Shown: positions 1 to 8,799, counted from the first letter of the stretch. The stretch is DNA of 40,501 nucleotides from Tepidisphaerales bacterium (GCA_038233535.1 JBBSLV010000001.1:1-40501); one strand, 5' to 3'. The notes: generated by a model not told the origin, from the sequence alone. A program made the numbers and translations.

Positions 1-1262
1 AGCTCAAGGCCCGTCGCGACCGTACCGCCGTCATCGATCAGCTCAACCAGCTCGCGGCGGGCAACGCGCTGCGCCCGCTGGAATCGCCCAGCCCCGACGC
101 GTCGGCCGTCACCAGCGCGATGAACGAGCTTGTCGCCGTCGCCGAGCGCGCCGTGTCCGATGCGGCGCTGAAGGTCAAGGAAATCGAGATTCAGCTCAAG
201 GTCGCCACCGCCCAGCGCCAGCACGCCCAGGCGATCATCTACAGCATTTCCGACGCCGTGCTCGTCACCGACCCGTTCGATGACCTCGTGCTCGCCAACG
301 AGTCCGCCGCCCGCACGTTCGGCTTCGACCTGGACAAGGTCGGCCGCTCCCCGATCGACCGCGTGCTGTCGGATGAGAAGGTGGTGGAGATGATCCGCGA
401 GATGCGCCAGAGCGACACGCGCGGCGGCCGGCGCATCGTCGAGCACAAGGTGAAGACGCATCTGGGCGATCGCACGTTCAAGATCACGCTCTCGTGCGTC
501 AACGATCAGCGCGAGCAGCCCGCCGGCGTCGTCGCCGTTTTGCACGACATGACGAAGGAGAAAGAGGTCGCGGAGATGAAGAACGACTTCGTCTCCAACG
601 TCTCCCACGAGCTGCGCACCCCGCTGGCCAGCATCAAGGCGTACGTCGAGATGCTCATCGACGGCGAGGCCGACGACGAGAAGACGAAGCGCGAGTTCTA
701 CGACGTCATCCAGAACGAGGCCAACCGGCTGTCGCGCCTGATTGACAACATCCTGAACATCAGCCGCATCGAGTCCGGGCTCGTGAAGATCAACAAGCAG
801 CAGCAGAGCGTCGCCGTGATTCTCAAAGAAGCGCTCGAGGTGATCGCCCCGCAGGCCAGGAGCAAGCAGATCACGGTGAAGGACCAGCTCCCGCCCGTGT
901 TTTATCAGACGGTCGCCGACCGCGACATGCTGTACCAGGCGGTGCTGAACCTCCTGAGCAACGCGGTGAAGTACACGCCCGAAGGCGGCGAGATCGCGGT
1001 TGTCACGCACGTCGACGAGGGCAAGAAGAAGATCATCACCCGCATTTCCGACACAGGCGTCGGGATTCCACCCAAGGACCTGCCGTTTGTGTTCGATAAG
1101 TTCTACAGGGCCGAAGCGAACAACCGCATGGCCAAGGGCACGGGGTTGGGGTTGTCGCTGGTGAAGCACATTGTCGAGACGGTCCACAAGGGCCGGATCT
1201 TCGTGGAGAGCCAGGCGGGCAAGGGCAGCTCGTTCGGGTTTGAACTGGACTTATGTGAGTGA
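1..1262 (+). CDS. Sensor histidine kinase (PAS-like input, HisKA, HATPase_c); 5' end lies outside the window
   Basis: Frame 3 is open from nt 3 to the TGA at 1260-1262; track ORF 120..1262 only marks the first internal ATG. H-box SHELRTPL, N-box LLSNAVKYT, G-boxes DTGVGI and GTGLGLS are read in the translation. Confidence 0.9.
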   Translation, partial: LKARRDRTAVIDQLNQLAAGNALRPLESPSPDASAVTSAMNELVAVAERAVSDAALKVKEIEIQLKVATAQRQHAQAIIYSISDAVLVTDPFDDLVLANESAARTFGFDLDKVGRSPIDRVLSDEKVVEMIREMRQSDTRGGRRIVEHKVKTHLGDRTFKITLSCVNDQREQPAGVVAVLHDMTKEKEVAEMKNDFVSNVSHELRTPLASIKAYVEMLIDGEADDEKTKREFYDVIQNEANRLSRLIDNILNISRIESGLVKINKQQQSVAVILKEALEVIAPQARSKQITVKDQLPPVFYQTVADRDMLYQAVLNLLSNAVKYTPEGGEIAVVTHVDEGKKKIITRISDTGVGIPPKDLPFVFDKFYRAEANNRMAKGTGLGLSLVKHIVETVHKGRIFVESQAGKGSSFGFELDLCE

Positions 1263-1269
1263 GCGGGAG

Positions 1270-1352
1270 AGTTGCCAGTTGTTAGTTGCCAGTTGCCAGT
1301 GAAGGCAAGAGGCATTTTCTTACTGGCAACTGGCAACTAACAACTGGCAACT
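1270..1352. repeat. Long hairpin: perfect 31-bp stem of tandem AGTTGCC heptamers, 21-nt loop
   Basis: 1270-1300 (agttgccagttgttagttgccagttgccagt) is the exact reverse complement of 1322-1352. It starts 7 nt after the kinase stop and ends 7 nt before the next ATG. No U-tract follows. Confidence 0.95.
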
Positions 1353-1359
1353 GAGCACC

Positions 1360-1746
1360 ATGAACGAACGAACCATCCTTGTCGCCGACGACGAAACGCA
1401 CATCCTGCACGTCGTGTCGCTGAAGCTGAAGAACGCGGGGTATCGCGTGCTCACCGCCCGCGACGGGCAGGAAGCGCTGGAGCTGGCGCAGCAGGAGAAG
1501 CCGGACCTGCTTATCACGGATTATCACATGCCGCAGCTCAATGGAATTGAGCTGTGCCGCCGGCTGAAGCTGGATCCGGCGACGTCGCACATCCCGGCCA
1601 TTATGCTGACGGCGCGGGGGTACGAGCTGGAGCCGGCGGATACCGAACAGAGCGGGATCCTGCGGATGCTGAGCAAGCCGTTCAGCCCGCGCCACCTGCT
1701 GTCGACGGTCGAAGAAGTGTTGGCGGGCGCGGGCGCCGCTGCCTAA
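1360..1746 (+). CDS. Single-domain response regulator (CheY-like receiver)
   Basis: 128 aa. N-terminal acidic pair in ILVADDE, phospho-acceptor context LLITDYHMP, conserved KPF near the C-terminus. No output domain. Confidence 0.9.
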   Translation: MNERTILVADDETHILHVVSLKLKNAGYRVLTARDGQEALELAQQEKPDLLITDYHMPQLNGIELCRRLKLDPATSHIPAIMLTARGYELEPADTEQSGILRMLSKPFSPRHLLSTVEEVLAGAGAAA

Positions 1747-1787
1747 GCACAGTTGCATCGCTCGGGGGCTACGCGAGGACGTTTCAG

Positions 1788-3518
1788 ATGTTGAAGTTGA
1801 CGGACAAGCCAGTCGCCGCCGCCGATCCTGCGAAGGACAGCGCTGCCCCCGCGCCCGCGGTGGTCGCCCCGGCGGCGCTGCCGGTCGCGGTGCTGGACAA
1901 CCTCGCCGCCCGGTTCCGTCCCGGGGGGCTGTTCCTGTTGATGCTCCGTCCCGACGGCTCGGTCGCGTATCACGACGCCGGCGGGGGTCTGTTCTTCCAG
2001 CGGTTCGTGCTCCCCATGATCCAATACGCCGACGCCGTCGACCAGGGGCTTCGCCAGAAAGTCGTCGCGCTGGGCGCCGGCGCAACGGTTGAAGCGTGGA
2101 ACGTGCTGCCGGGCGTCACTGTCGCCGCGTTCCCGTACGTCGTGAAGCGCGCCGTGGCCGGCGTGGTGCTCATCGCGGGCAAGAGCGCGTCGTTCCGGTT
2201 GGGCGAGGACGTCGTCCGCGTCTGCTCGCGACTGGGCATCGACGGCATCTGGCTTAACCAGCAGGCCGAGATGCTTTCCACCTACAACGACGAAACCGTC
2301 CTCCGCCAGGCGCGGCTGCTGCACGGCATGATTCGCGACCAGGTGCGGCTCTCCGCTCTCGAGCAGGAGCTTGACAGCCTCTCCGGGCAGTTGGCCAACA
2401 CGTACGAAGAACTGAGCCTGATCTACCAGATCAGCGGCGGAATGAAGATCAACCGCCGGGCCGGCGATTTCTTTAAAGGCGCATGCATCGAAGTCATGGG
2501 CGTGATGAATGTCCGCGGGATGGGCGTGTCGCTCGTCAGCGGGGTGCACCAGTCGGAGCCCGTGCTCTACGGAAGCCTCAGCCTCCCCCCGGGAAAGGTG
2601 CACCGGCTGGCCAGTGAGCTGACGCGCCTGCTCGCCACCAAGAAAAGCCCGCTGCTCATTAACGACCTGCACCGCGACCCGAAGATCTTCGTCTGGCTCG
2701 CCGAATACGCCAAAAGCCTGATCGCCGTCCCGCTCATGCGGCAGGACCAACTGCTGGGCGTGATGTTCGGCATCGACAAGACAACGGGCGGGGAGTTCGA
2801 CTCCGTCGACAGCAAGCTGCTGAACTCGATCGCCAACGAGTCGGCGATTTACCTCGAGAACGCCAACCTGTTCGAGGACGTTCACGGGTTGATGATGGGC
2901 CTCCTGCACAGCCTCACCAGCGCGGTCGATGCCAAGGACGCTTACACCTGCGGCCACTCCGAGCGCGTCGCGCTGCTCAGCCGCCACCTTGCCCAGCACG
3001 CCAGGCTCACCGACCACGAGGTCGAGCGCGTGTACATGGCCGGGTTGCTTCATGACGTGGGCAAGATCGGCGTGCCCGAAGCGGTGTTGCAGAAGACCGG
3101 CAAGCTCACGCCCGAGGAATTCGAGCAGATCAAGAAGCACCCGGAGATCGGCGCCCGCATCCTCCAGGACATCAAGCAGATTCGCGACATCATCCCCGGC
3201 GTGCTGCATCACCACGAGCGCTACGACGGCAAGGGCTACCCCGCGGGGCTTGCCGGCGCGGACATCCCGCTCATGGGGCGGATCATCTGTTTGGCCGACT
3301 GTTTCGACGCGATGACCAGCAGCCGCACGTACCGCAAGGCGCTGCCGCTGGAAGTGGCGCTGGCGGAAATCCGCCGCTGCTCGGGCACGCACTTTGACCC
3401 GCGGATGAGCGAGGCATTCTTGCAGATCAGCGCCGATCAGCTCCGCGAGCTGATCCGCAATCACCAGGAACAAACCAAAAAGCTGGCCGAAATGACCCAG
3501 ACGCTGCGGGCCGCATAA
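1788..3518 (+). CDS. GAF-domain / HD-GYP-domain protein (c-di-GMP phosphodiesterase family)
   Basis: HDVGKIGVP and HHHERYDGKGYPAGL motifs; GAF-like segment ending LIAVPLMRQDQLLGVMFG. Start placed at ATG 1788 (MLKLTDKP) because track start 1554 lies inside the receiver gene in another frame. Confidence 0.85.
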   Translation: MLKLTDKPVAAADPAKDSAAPAPAVVAPAALPVAVLDNLAARFRPGGLFLLMLRPDGSVAYHDAGGGLFFQRFVLPMIQYADAVDQGLRQKVVALGAGATVEAWNVLPGVTVAAFPYVVKRAVAGVVLIAGKSASFRLGEDVVRVCSRLGIDGIWLNQQAEMLSTYNDETVLRQARLLHGMIRDQVRLSALEQELDSLSGQLANTYEELSLIYQISGGMKINRRAGDFFKGACIEVMGVMNVRGMGVSLVSGVHQSEPVLYGSLSLPPGKVHRLASELTRLLATKKSPLLINDLHRDPKIFVWLAEYAKSLIAVPLMRQDQLLGVMFGIDKTTGGEFDSVDSKLLNSIANESAIYLENANLFEDVHGLMMGLLHSLTSAVDAKDAYTCGHSERVALLSRHLAQHARLTDHEVERVYMAGLLHDVGKIGVPEAVLQKTGKLTPEEFEQIKKHPEIGARILQDIKQIRDIIPGVLHHHERYDGKGYPAGLAGADIPLMGRIICLADCFDAMTSSRTYRKALPLEVALAEIRRCSGTHFDPRMSEAFLQISADQLRELIRNHQEQTKKLAEMTQTLRAA

Positions 3519-3521
3519 GAA

Positions 3522-3604
3522 CAGTTGCCCGTTGGTAGTTGCCAGTTGCCAGCAAGGCGGCGGCTTCTCCCCACTGGCAACTCACAACTATCAACTGGCA
3601 ACTG
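3522..3604. repeat. Long hairpin of the same AGTTGCC-heptamer family (about 27/31 bp paired)
   Basis: 3522-3552 pairs with 3572-3604 (4 mismatches by hand alignment). It starts 3 nt after the HD-GYP stop and ends 3 nt before ATG 3608. Confidence 0.9.
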
Positions 3605-3607
3605 TTT

Positions 3608-3946
3608 ATGTCGATTAAGTGTGAAGAGTACAACCAGGTCTGCGTGATCGCCCCGGCGGGAGACTTCGTCGCCGAGAACAGTGCGCAAGCGCGCAAGGCC
3701 GTCGAGATGCACATCGACGCGAAGCAGATCGTCAACTTCGTCGTCGACTTCGAAAAAGCCGGCTTCGTCGACAGCGAGGGGCTTGAAACCCTCCTGTGGA
3801 TCAAGCGCAAGGCCGAGGAGCTCTTCGGCCAGGTGAAGCTCGTCAACCTCGACGAAAACGTCCACAAGATCCTCGAGATCACAAGGCTCGAACATCGGTT
3901 CGAATGTTTGCCGGACCTGGCGGCGGCGTTGAAGACAATGAGGTGA
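3608..3946 (+). CDS. STAS-domain protein (anti-sigma-factor-antagonist family)
   Basis: 112 aa; VVDFEKAGFVDSEGLETLLWIKRK resembles the STAS core. Start at ATG 3608, since upstream residues of track ORF 3539 only translate the hairpin. Confidence 0.75.
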   Translation: MSIKCEEYNQVCVIAPAGDFVAENSAQARKAVEMHIDAKQIVNFVVDFEKAGFVDSEGLETLLWIKRKAEELFGQVKLVNLDENVHKILEITRLEHRFECLPDLAAALKTMR

Positions 3947-3952
3947 GGAAGA

Positions 3953-4030
3953 AGTAGGCAGCGGGCAGTAGGCAGTAGGCAGGAACGCAATCCGCCCTCT
4001 CTGCCTACTGCCTACCGCCTACTGCCTACT
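3953..4030. repeat. Long hairpin of tandem GTAGGCA heptamers (27/30 bp paired, 18-nt loop)
   Basis: 3953-3982 pairs with 4001-4030. It starts 6 nt after the STAS stop and ends 4 nt before ATG 4035. Confidence 0.92.
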
Positions 4031-4034
4031 GATT

Positions 4035-5744
4035 ATGATTGCCACGCTCCAACGAAAACCTCTCGGCCAACTGCTGCTTGCCAGGGGCTTGGTCAAGCCC
4101 GAGCAGCTCGAGCGCGCGTTGGACGAGCAGCGGCGGAGCAACCACCAGAAGCTGCTGGGCGAGGTTCTCGTCGAGCTGCGCATCTGCACCGAAGACCAGA
4201 TCACCGAAGCGCTCGCCCAGGCGTACGGCGTGCCTTACGCGCGGGTGAGCCCGAAGATCGCCGACCCCAAGGTCATCTCCGTCCTCCCCAAGGAATTCCT
4301 CGAGAAGCACCAGGTTCTCCCGCTGTTTCTCGTCGAAGGGTTGCTCACCGTCGCCGTCCCCGAGCCGGCCAACGTCTTTTTGCTCGAAGAGATCGAGCGA
4401 CTCAGCGGCTACCAGGTGCAGGTCGTCGCCGTCACGACGCGCGACATCAAGGCGACCCTCCAGGCGTATCTCCCCAACGACAAAGTGTTCGTCATCGACG
4501 ACATCATTGAGGAGGTCCAGCCCGAAGACTTCGCCTTGATCGAGACGACCGCCAAGGTCCAGGACATCGCGAACCTGGAGATGGCGGCGGGGGACTCGCC
4601 GGTCATCAAGCTGGTCAACTACGTGATCTTCAACGCCGTGAAGGAAGGCGCGTCCGACATTCACATCGAGCCCGGCGACGGCTACCTCCGCGTCCGCTAC
4701 CGCATCGACGGCCGGCTCACGGAAAAGCTCCGCCCCCCACACCAGATGGCCGCCGCCGTCACCAGCCGCATCAAGATCATGGCGCAGCTGGACATTTCCG
4801 AGCGCCGCCTCCCGCAGGACGGGGGCATTCACGTGATGATGGACAAGCGCCCGATCGATCTGCGCGTCAGCACCATGCCGGGCAAGCACGGCGAGAAGGT
4901 CGTCGTCCGCGTGATCGACAACGACAAGGCCAGCGTCAACCTCGAGAAGCTCGGCTTCGGCTACGACACGCTCAAGCAGTGGCGCAAGCTGATCGCGCTG
5001 CCCAACGGCATCGTCCTCGTCACCGGCCCGACCGGCAGCGGCAAGAGCACGACGCTCTATGCCGTGCTTCAGGAGCTTAACAGCGACGACACGAACATCT
5101 GCACGGTCGAGGATCCCGTCGAGTACGCGCTGAGCGGCGTGAACCAGTTCCAAGTGAACGAGAAGGCCGGCGTCGGTTTTCCCAACGCGCTGCGGGCGCT
5201 GTTGCGGCAGGATCCGGACATCATGATGGTCGGCGAAATCCGCGACGCCGAGACCGCCAAGCTCGCCACCCAGGCGGCCCTCACCGGGCACCTGGTCCTC
5301 AGCACGCTGCACACGAACGACGCGCCCGGCGCCATCACGCGGCTGTTCAACCTCGGCATCGAGCCATACCTCGTCGGCGCGACCGTCGCCGGCGTGCTGG
5401 CGCAGCGGCTGGTCCGCAAGCTCTGCCAGAACTGCCGCGAGGCGTACGAGCCGTCACCGAACGAAAAGCGCCAGATGGAGCGCCTCGCTGGCGAGGTCCA
5501 GACGCTCTACCGCCCCAAGGGCTGCTCGCGCTGCCGCAACCTCGGATACGTCGGGCGGATCGGCATTTACGAGCTGTTCGTCCCCGACGACGGGATGGTT
5601 GACCGCATCAGCCAGGGCGCGAACCTCAACGAGATCCGCCAGATGTCCAGGGACTCGGGGATGAAGACCCTGCGCGTCGACGGCACGGAAAAGGTCAAGG
5701 CCGGGATCACGACGTTGGAAGAAGTGTATCGAGCGACGACTTGA
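4035..5744 (+). CDS. GspE/PilB/MshE-family secretion or pilus ATPase with a T2SSE_N (MshEN-type) N-terminal domain
   Basis: Walker A GPTGSGKST, Walker B region DPDIMMVGEIRD, His box GHLVLSTLHTND, tetracysteine CQNC...CSRC. The N-terminus carries the LGxxLLxxGLVxxxxLxxxLxxQ motif. Confidence 0.92.
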   Translation: MIATLQRKPLGQLLLARGLVKPEQLERALDEQRRSNHQKLLGEVLVELRICTEDQITEALAQAYGVPYARVSPKIADPKVISVLPKEFLEKHQVLPLFLVEGLLTVAVPEPANVFLLEEIERLSGYQVQVVAVTTRDIKATLQAYLPNDKVFVIDDIIEEVQPEDFALIETTAKVQDIANLEMAAGDSPVIKLVNYVIFNAVKEGASDIHIEPGDGYLRVRYRIDGRLTEKLRPPHQMAAAVTSRIKIMAQLDISERRLPQDGGIHVMMDKRPIDLRVSTMPGKHGEKVVVRVIDNDKASVNLEKLGFGYDTLKQWRKLIALPNGIVLVTGPTGSGKSTTLYAVLQELNSDDTNICTVEDPVEYALSGVNQFQVNEKAGVGFPNALRALLRQDPDIMMVGEIRDAETAKLATQAALTGHLVLSTLHTNDAPGAITRLFNLGIEPYLVGATVAGVLAQRLVRKLCQNCREAYEPSPNEKRQMERLAGEVQTLYRPKGCSRCRNLGYVGRIGIYELFVPDDGMVDRISQGANLNEIRQMSRDSGMKTLRVDGTEKVKAGITTLEEVYRATT

Positions 5745-5749
5745 GGAAT

Positions 5750-5818
5750 AAGGATGAGGGATGAGGGATGAGGGGATGAATCAGTCGTTTCATCCCTCAT
5801 CCTTCATCCCTCATCCTT
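5750..5818. repeat. Long hairpin of tandem GGATGAG heptamers (about 30-bp stem, 8-nt loop)
   Basis: 5750-5780 pairs with 5789-5818 (one mismatch, one bulge). It starts 5 nt after the ATPase stop and ends 9 nt before ATG 5828. The right arm is the exact reverse complement of 39582-39611. Confidence 0.92.
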
Positions 5819-5827
5819 CGACTACCC

Positions 5828-7066
5828 ATGCCCACATTCGCCTACTCAGCCCGTGACAGTTCCGGCGCGCTCGTGAACGGGACGCTGCTTGCCGCTTCGG
5901 TGGCCGAGGCGTCGAAGGCGCTGCGCGCCGAGGGTAAGTACCCGACGGCGGTGCATCCCCTCAACGAGGCGGCCGCCGCGGCCGCGTCCGCCCACGCCGA
6001 CGGGAGCGGGCAATCGGTCCCCAACGTTAAGATCACGCGCGATGACGTCATTCAATTCTCGACGCAACTGGCGATCATGGTCGAGACCGGCGTCACGCTC
6101 AGCGAAGCGCTCGACTGCATCGCCACCCAGACCGAGCGCCCGAACGTCAAGAAGCTCATCGCCGACGTCGCCCGCCAGGTGCAGGGCGGCGCGGATTTCA
6201 GCGCCGCGCTGGCGCGGCACCCGCGGAGCTTTCCCCGGCTGTACGTCGCGCTGATCAAGGCCAGCGAGAAAAGCGGCATGATGTCCAAGCTGCTCATCCG
6301 CGCCAACACGTACCTCAAGGACGAGGCCGAGATCCTCCGCAAGGTGAAAGGCGCGCTGACCTACCCGGGCATCATGCTCGCGTTCGCGACGACCACGACG
6401 ATCTTCCTGCTCGCGTTCGTGCTCCCCAAGTTCACCGGCATCTACGCCGGCAAGGGCGCCGCCCTCCCCGTGCCGACGAAGGTTCTGATGAACCTCAGCG
6501 GCTTCCTCGTCGGCCACTGGATGGCCATCATCGCGGGGCTGTCGACGCTGGCGGTGCTGGGTTACCTCTACTTCACGACCGAAGGGGGGGCGCGCGTGGG
6601 GCATTGGATCCAGATCAACGTCCCGATGATCGGCAAGATGTTCCGCAAGCTGCACCTGGCCCGCACGCTGCGCATGGTGGGCACGATGGCCGGCGCGGGG
6701 GTCAATCTCATCGACGCGGTCCAGACAGCGCAGGATTTGTGCGGCAACACGTACTATCGCGAGCTGTGGGGTAAGGTCTCGGAGCAGATCCAGGCCGGAA
6801 AGCAGCTCTCCGAGCCGCTGTTCGCCAGCCCGCTCGTCCCGCGCGGCATTTCCCAGATGCTCCACAGCGGCGAAAAAAGCGGCAAGCTCGCCAGCGTGAT
6901 GGAACAGGTCTCCGGCTACGCCGAGCAGGAGCTGAAGGAGCAAATCGCCGAACTGACCCGCTATATCGAACCGGCCATGATCATCATCATGGGCTTGATC
7001 ATCGGCGGCGTCGCGCTGGCGCTGCTGCTCCCGATCTTCACGATGAGCCGCGTCGTCGCGAGCTGA
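5828..7066 (+). CDS. GspF/PilC-family inner-membrane platform protein
   Basis: 412 aa with two repeated T2SSF-like halves and hydrophobic segments (TYPGIMLAFATTTTIFLLAFVLP, IEPAMIIIMGLIIGGVALALLLPIF). Immediately downstream of the ATPase. Confidence 0.88.
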   Translation: MPTFAYSARDSSGALVNGTLLAASVAEASKALRAEGKYPTAVHPLNEAAAAAASAHADGSGQSVPNVKITRDDVIQFSTQLAIMVETGVTLSEALDCIATQTERPNVKKLIADVARQVQGGADFSAALARHPRSFPRLYVALIKASEKSGMMSKLLIRANTYLKDEAEILRKVKGALTYPGIMLAFATTTTIFLLAFVLPKFTGIYAGKGAALPVPTKVLMNLSGFLVGHWMAIIAGLSTLAVLGYLYFTTEGGARVGHWIQINVPMIGKMFRKLHLARTLRMVGTMAGAGVNLIDAVQTAQDLCGNTYYRELWGKVSEQIQAGKQLSEPLFASPLVPRGISQMLHSGEKSGKLASVMEQVSGYAEQELKEQIAELTRYIEPAMIIIMGLIIGGVALALLLPIFTMSRVVAS

Positions 7067-7372
7067 TGCGGGGCGCGAAAAAATTTCCTGACTGTCCGTC
7101 ATTCCTCCTGCGCGGCTCGTAAACCCGTTTGGGCAAACGTTCTCCGTCATGCTTTACCAGTAAAGTAAACGCATTCGCAGACGGCACTTAAGTTAGTTTT
7201 CTATTGCTTCTGGCGCTCCCGGCGGCATACTGTACGCTGACACCGGTAAGCGAGAGGGTCGGCAGAGCCGCCGACCTGCCCGTTTCCCGGAGAAATCATT
7301 TCGTTTTCCATTTCATTTCAGTCGCGACAGCGCGGATTTACCTCCCCGCGGGCGACGGAGGAGCAGAGGGCC

Positions 7373-8242
7373 ATGAGAAAATCGTCTTATTTCGTCGCGT
7401 CCGCCGTGCTGGGCGTGCTTCCGTGCGCCGCCCCAACCGCCATGGGAGCGTTGACCGACTCCGACAGCTTCGATTACACCGGCACGACCCTCAACGGCCA
7501 GAACGGCGGGACGGGCTGGAACGGCGGGTGGTTCGCAACGGGGACGCTCCCGTCCGTCCAACTTTCGAATGATGGGGCCAGCCTTTCTTACCCGGCCAGC
7601 TTCGAGCCGCCGGCCACGACGCCGCCCTCATCGGGCTCGCGCGTCAGCCATGGTGGGTTGACCGTCAATGCGAGTTCCTCGCGCCTGCTTGCTGACACGT
7701 TCGACATGACCGTGGAGGGCAACACGATGTACGCCAGCGCGCTGTTCCAAAAAAACGCAGCCAACGGCGGCGACGTGAACAGCGACAACGTACTACTGGA
7801 ATTCGTCGACTCCCTCGGCAACCGGCGCTTCGGACTCGGCATTGAGGGCACGGGTGACAGGCCGTGGCTCAACGCCGGCGGCTCAGCGACCGGGCCGGAC
7901 GCTGTGACCGCGGGAGAGACATATTTCCTCGTCGCAAAGGTCGTATCGAGCGCATCGGGCAGTGATACCGCATTCCTCAAGGTTTTCGGAACGGATTACG
8001 CGAGCGAGGTGCCGGTGGACGAGCCCAGCGCTTGGGATGCTACGGTTTCGATAGTGACCGGCGCCGTGCTCGATCGCGTTCGCATCCGCATCGACCCGGG
8101 CAACACCAGCGACCTTCCCGGCGAAGTCGATGACATTCGCATCGGGACAGACTGGGCGTCCGTGGCAGCCGTCCCCGAGCCGTCCTCGCTGGCGCTGCTC
8201 GGTCTCGGCGGCCTGGCGTGCCTGCGACGCCGGCGCGCCTGA
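7373..8242 (+). CDS. Secreted PEP-CTERM-anchored protein
   Basis: N-terminal signal-like segment. C-terminal VPEPSSLALLGLGGLACLRRRRA shows the PEP motif, a hydrophobic helix and a basic tail. GGAGGAG lies 10 nt upstream of the ATG. Confidence 0.85.
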   Translation: MRKSSYFVASAVLGVLPCAAPTAMGALTDSDSFDYTGTTLNGQNGGTGWNGGWFATGTLPSVQLSNDGASLSYPASFEPPATTPPSSGSRVSHGGLTVNASSSRLLADTFDMTVEGNTMYASALFQKNAANGGDVNSDNVLLEFVDSLGNRRFGLGIEGTGDRPWLNAGGSATGPDAVTAGETYFLVAKVVSSASGSDTAFLKVFGTDYASEVPVDEPSAWDATVSIVTGAVLDRVRIRIDPGNTSDLPGEVDDIRIGTDWASVAAVPEPSSLALLGLGGLACLRRRRA

Positions 8243-8276
8243 TCGCGCGGGCGGCGAACTCATCTTTCAACATCTC

Positions 8277-8316
8277 GCGCGGTGGTCGGTTCATCCCGAC
8301 CACCGCGCTGTTTTTA
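8277..8316 (+). terminator. Rho-independent terminator after the PEP-CTERM gene
   Basis: gcgcggtggtcgg / ttcatc / ccgaccaccgcgc forms a perfect 13-bp stem with a 6-nt loop, followed by tgttttta. Confidence 0.8.
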
Positions 8317-8385
8317 CAGCGGCACGTTGCCGCAGACGGCTCCCGCCGCGCTGCAACCGGACCGTTCACAACGTATGATGTCGCC

Positions 8386-8799
8386 ATGGCCACCCCCGAG
8401 ATGTCCGATACCACGACCCGCGGCGTTCGCGTCGGGGCGACCGCGTTTTTTCTGCCCGATCAGTCCGACCCGGACAACCGCAAGTTCCTCTTTGGCTACA
8501 ACATCGTCATCGGAAACTACGGCGACGTTCCCGTGCAACTGCTTCGCCGGCATTGGGTGATTATCGACGGGTTCGGACGGCGCGACGATGTCGAGGGCGA
8601 CGGCGTCGTCGGGCAGACCCCGCGGCTGGAGCCCGGCGAGGCGTTCAAGTACCAGAGCTTCTGCCCGCTGAAGACCCCCTGGGGCACGATGGAAGGCAGC
8701 TACACCCTGCGCACCGACGACGGCGAGGAGTTCGACGCGCCCGTCGGCCGATTCTTCCTTACCCAACCCGAGCGCGAAAAGGCGGGGAGCGAGCGGTAG
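8386..8799 (+). CDS. apaG: ApaG (DUF525) protein
   Basis: GVRVGATAFFLPDQSDPDNRKFLFGYNIVIGNYGDVPVQLLRRHWVIIDG...GVVGQTPRLEPGEAFKYQSFCPL matches the ApaG pattern as I remember it. Start at ATG 8386; 8401 is also possible. Confidence 0.8.
   Translation: MATPEMSDTTTRGVRVGATAFFLPDQSDPDNRKFLFGYNIVIGNYGDVPVQLLRRHWVIIDGFGRRDDVEGDGVVGQTPRLEPGEAFKYQSFCPLKTPWGTMEGSYTLRTDDGEEFDAPVGRFFLTQPEREKAGSER

Noticed and set aside
1743-3473. Long antisense ORFs opposite well-supported genes. Examples: 1743..3473(-), 4026..5312(-), 5846..7150(-), 12489..13757(-), 13806..15428(-), 18004..21048(+), 31037..32356(+), 32386..33990(-), 37542..39179(-), 16183..17517(-), 26506..27669(+).
   Set aside because: Their translations are R/P/A/G/H-rich low-complexity strings with no motifs, typical shadow ORFs of a roughly 70% GC genome. 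The opposite strand carries clear catalytic motifs in every case.
7200-7240. A possible promoter for the PEP-CTERM gene (TTGCTT-N16/17-CATACT).
   Set aside because: Only 4 of 6 positions match in each hexamer, in a relatively AT-rich spacer. That is too weak to report as a feature.
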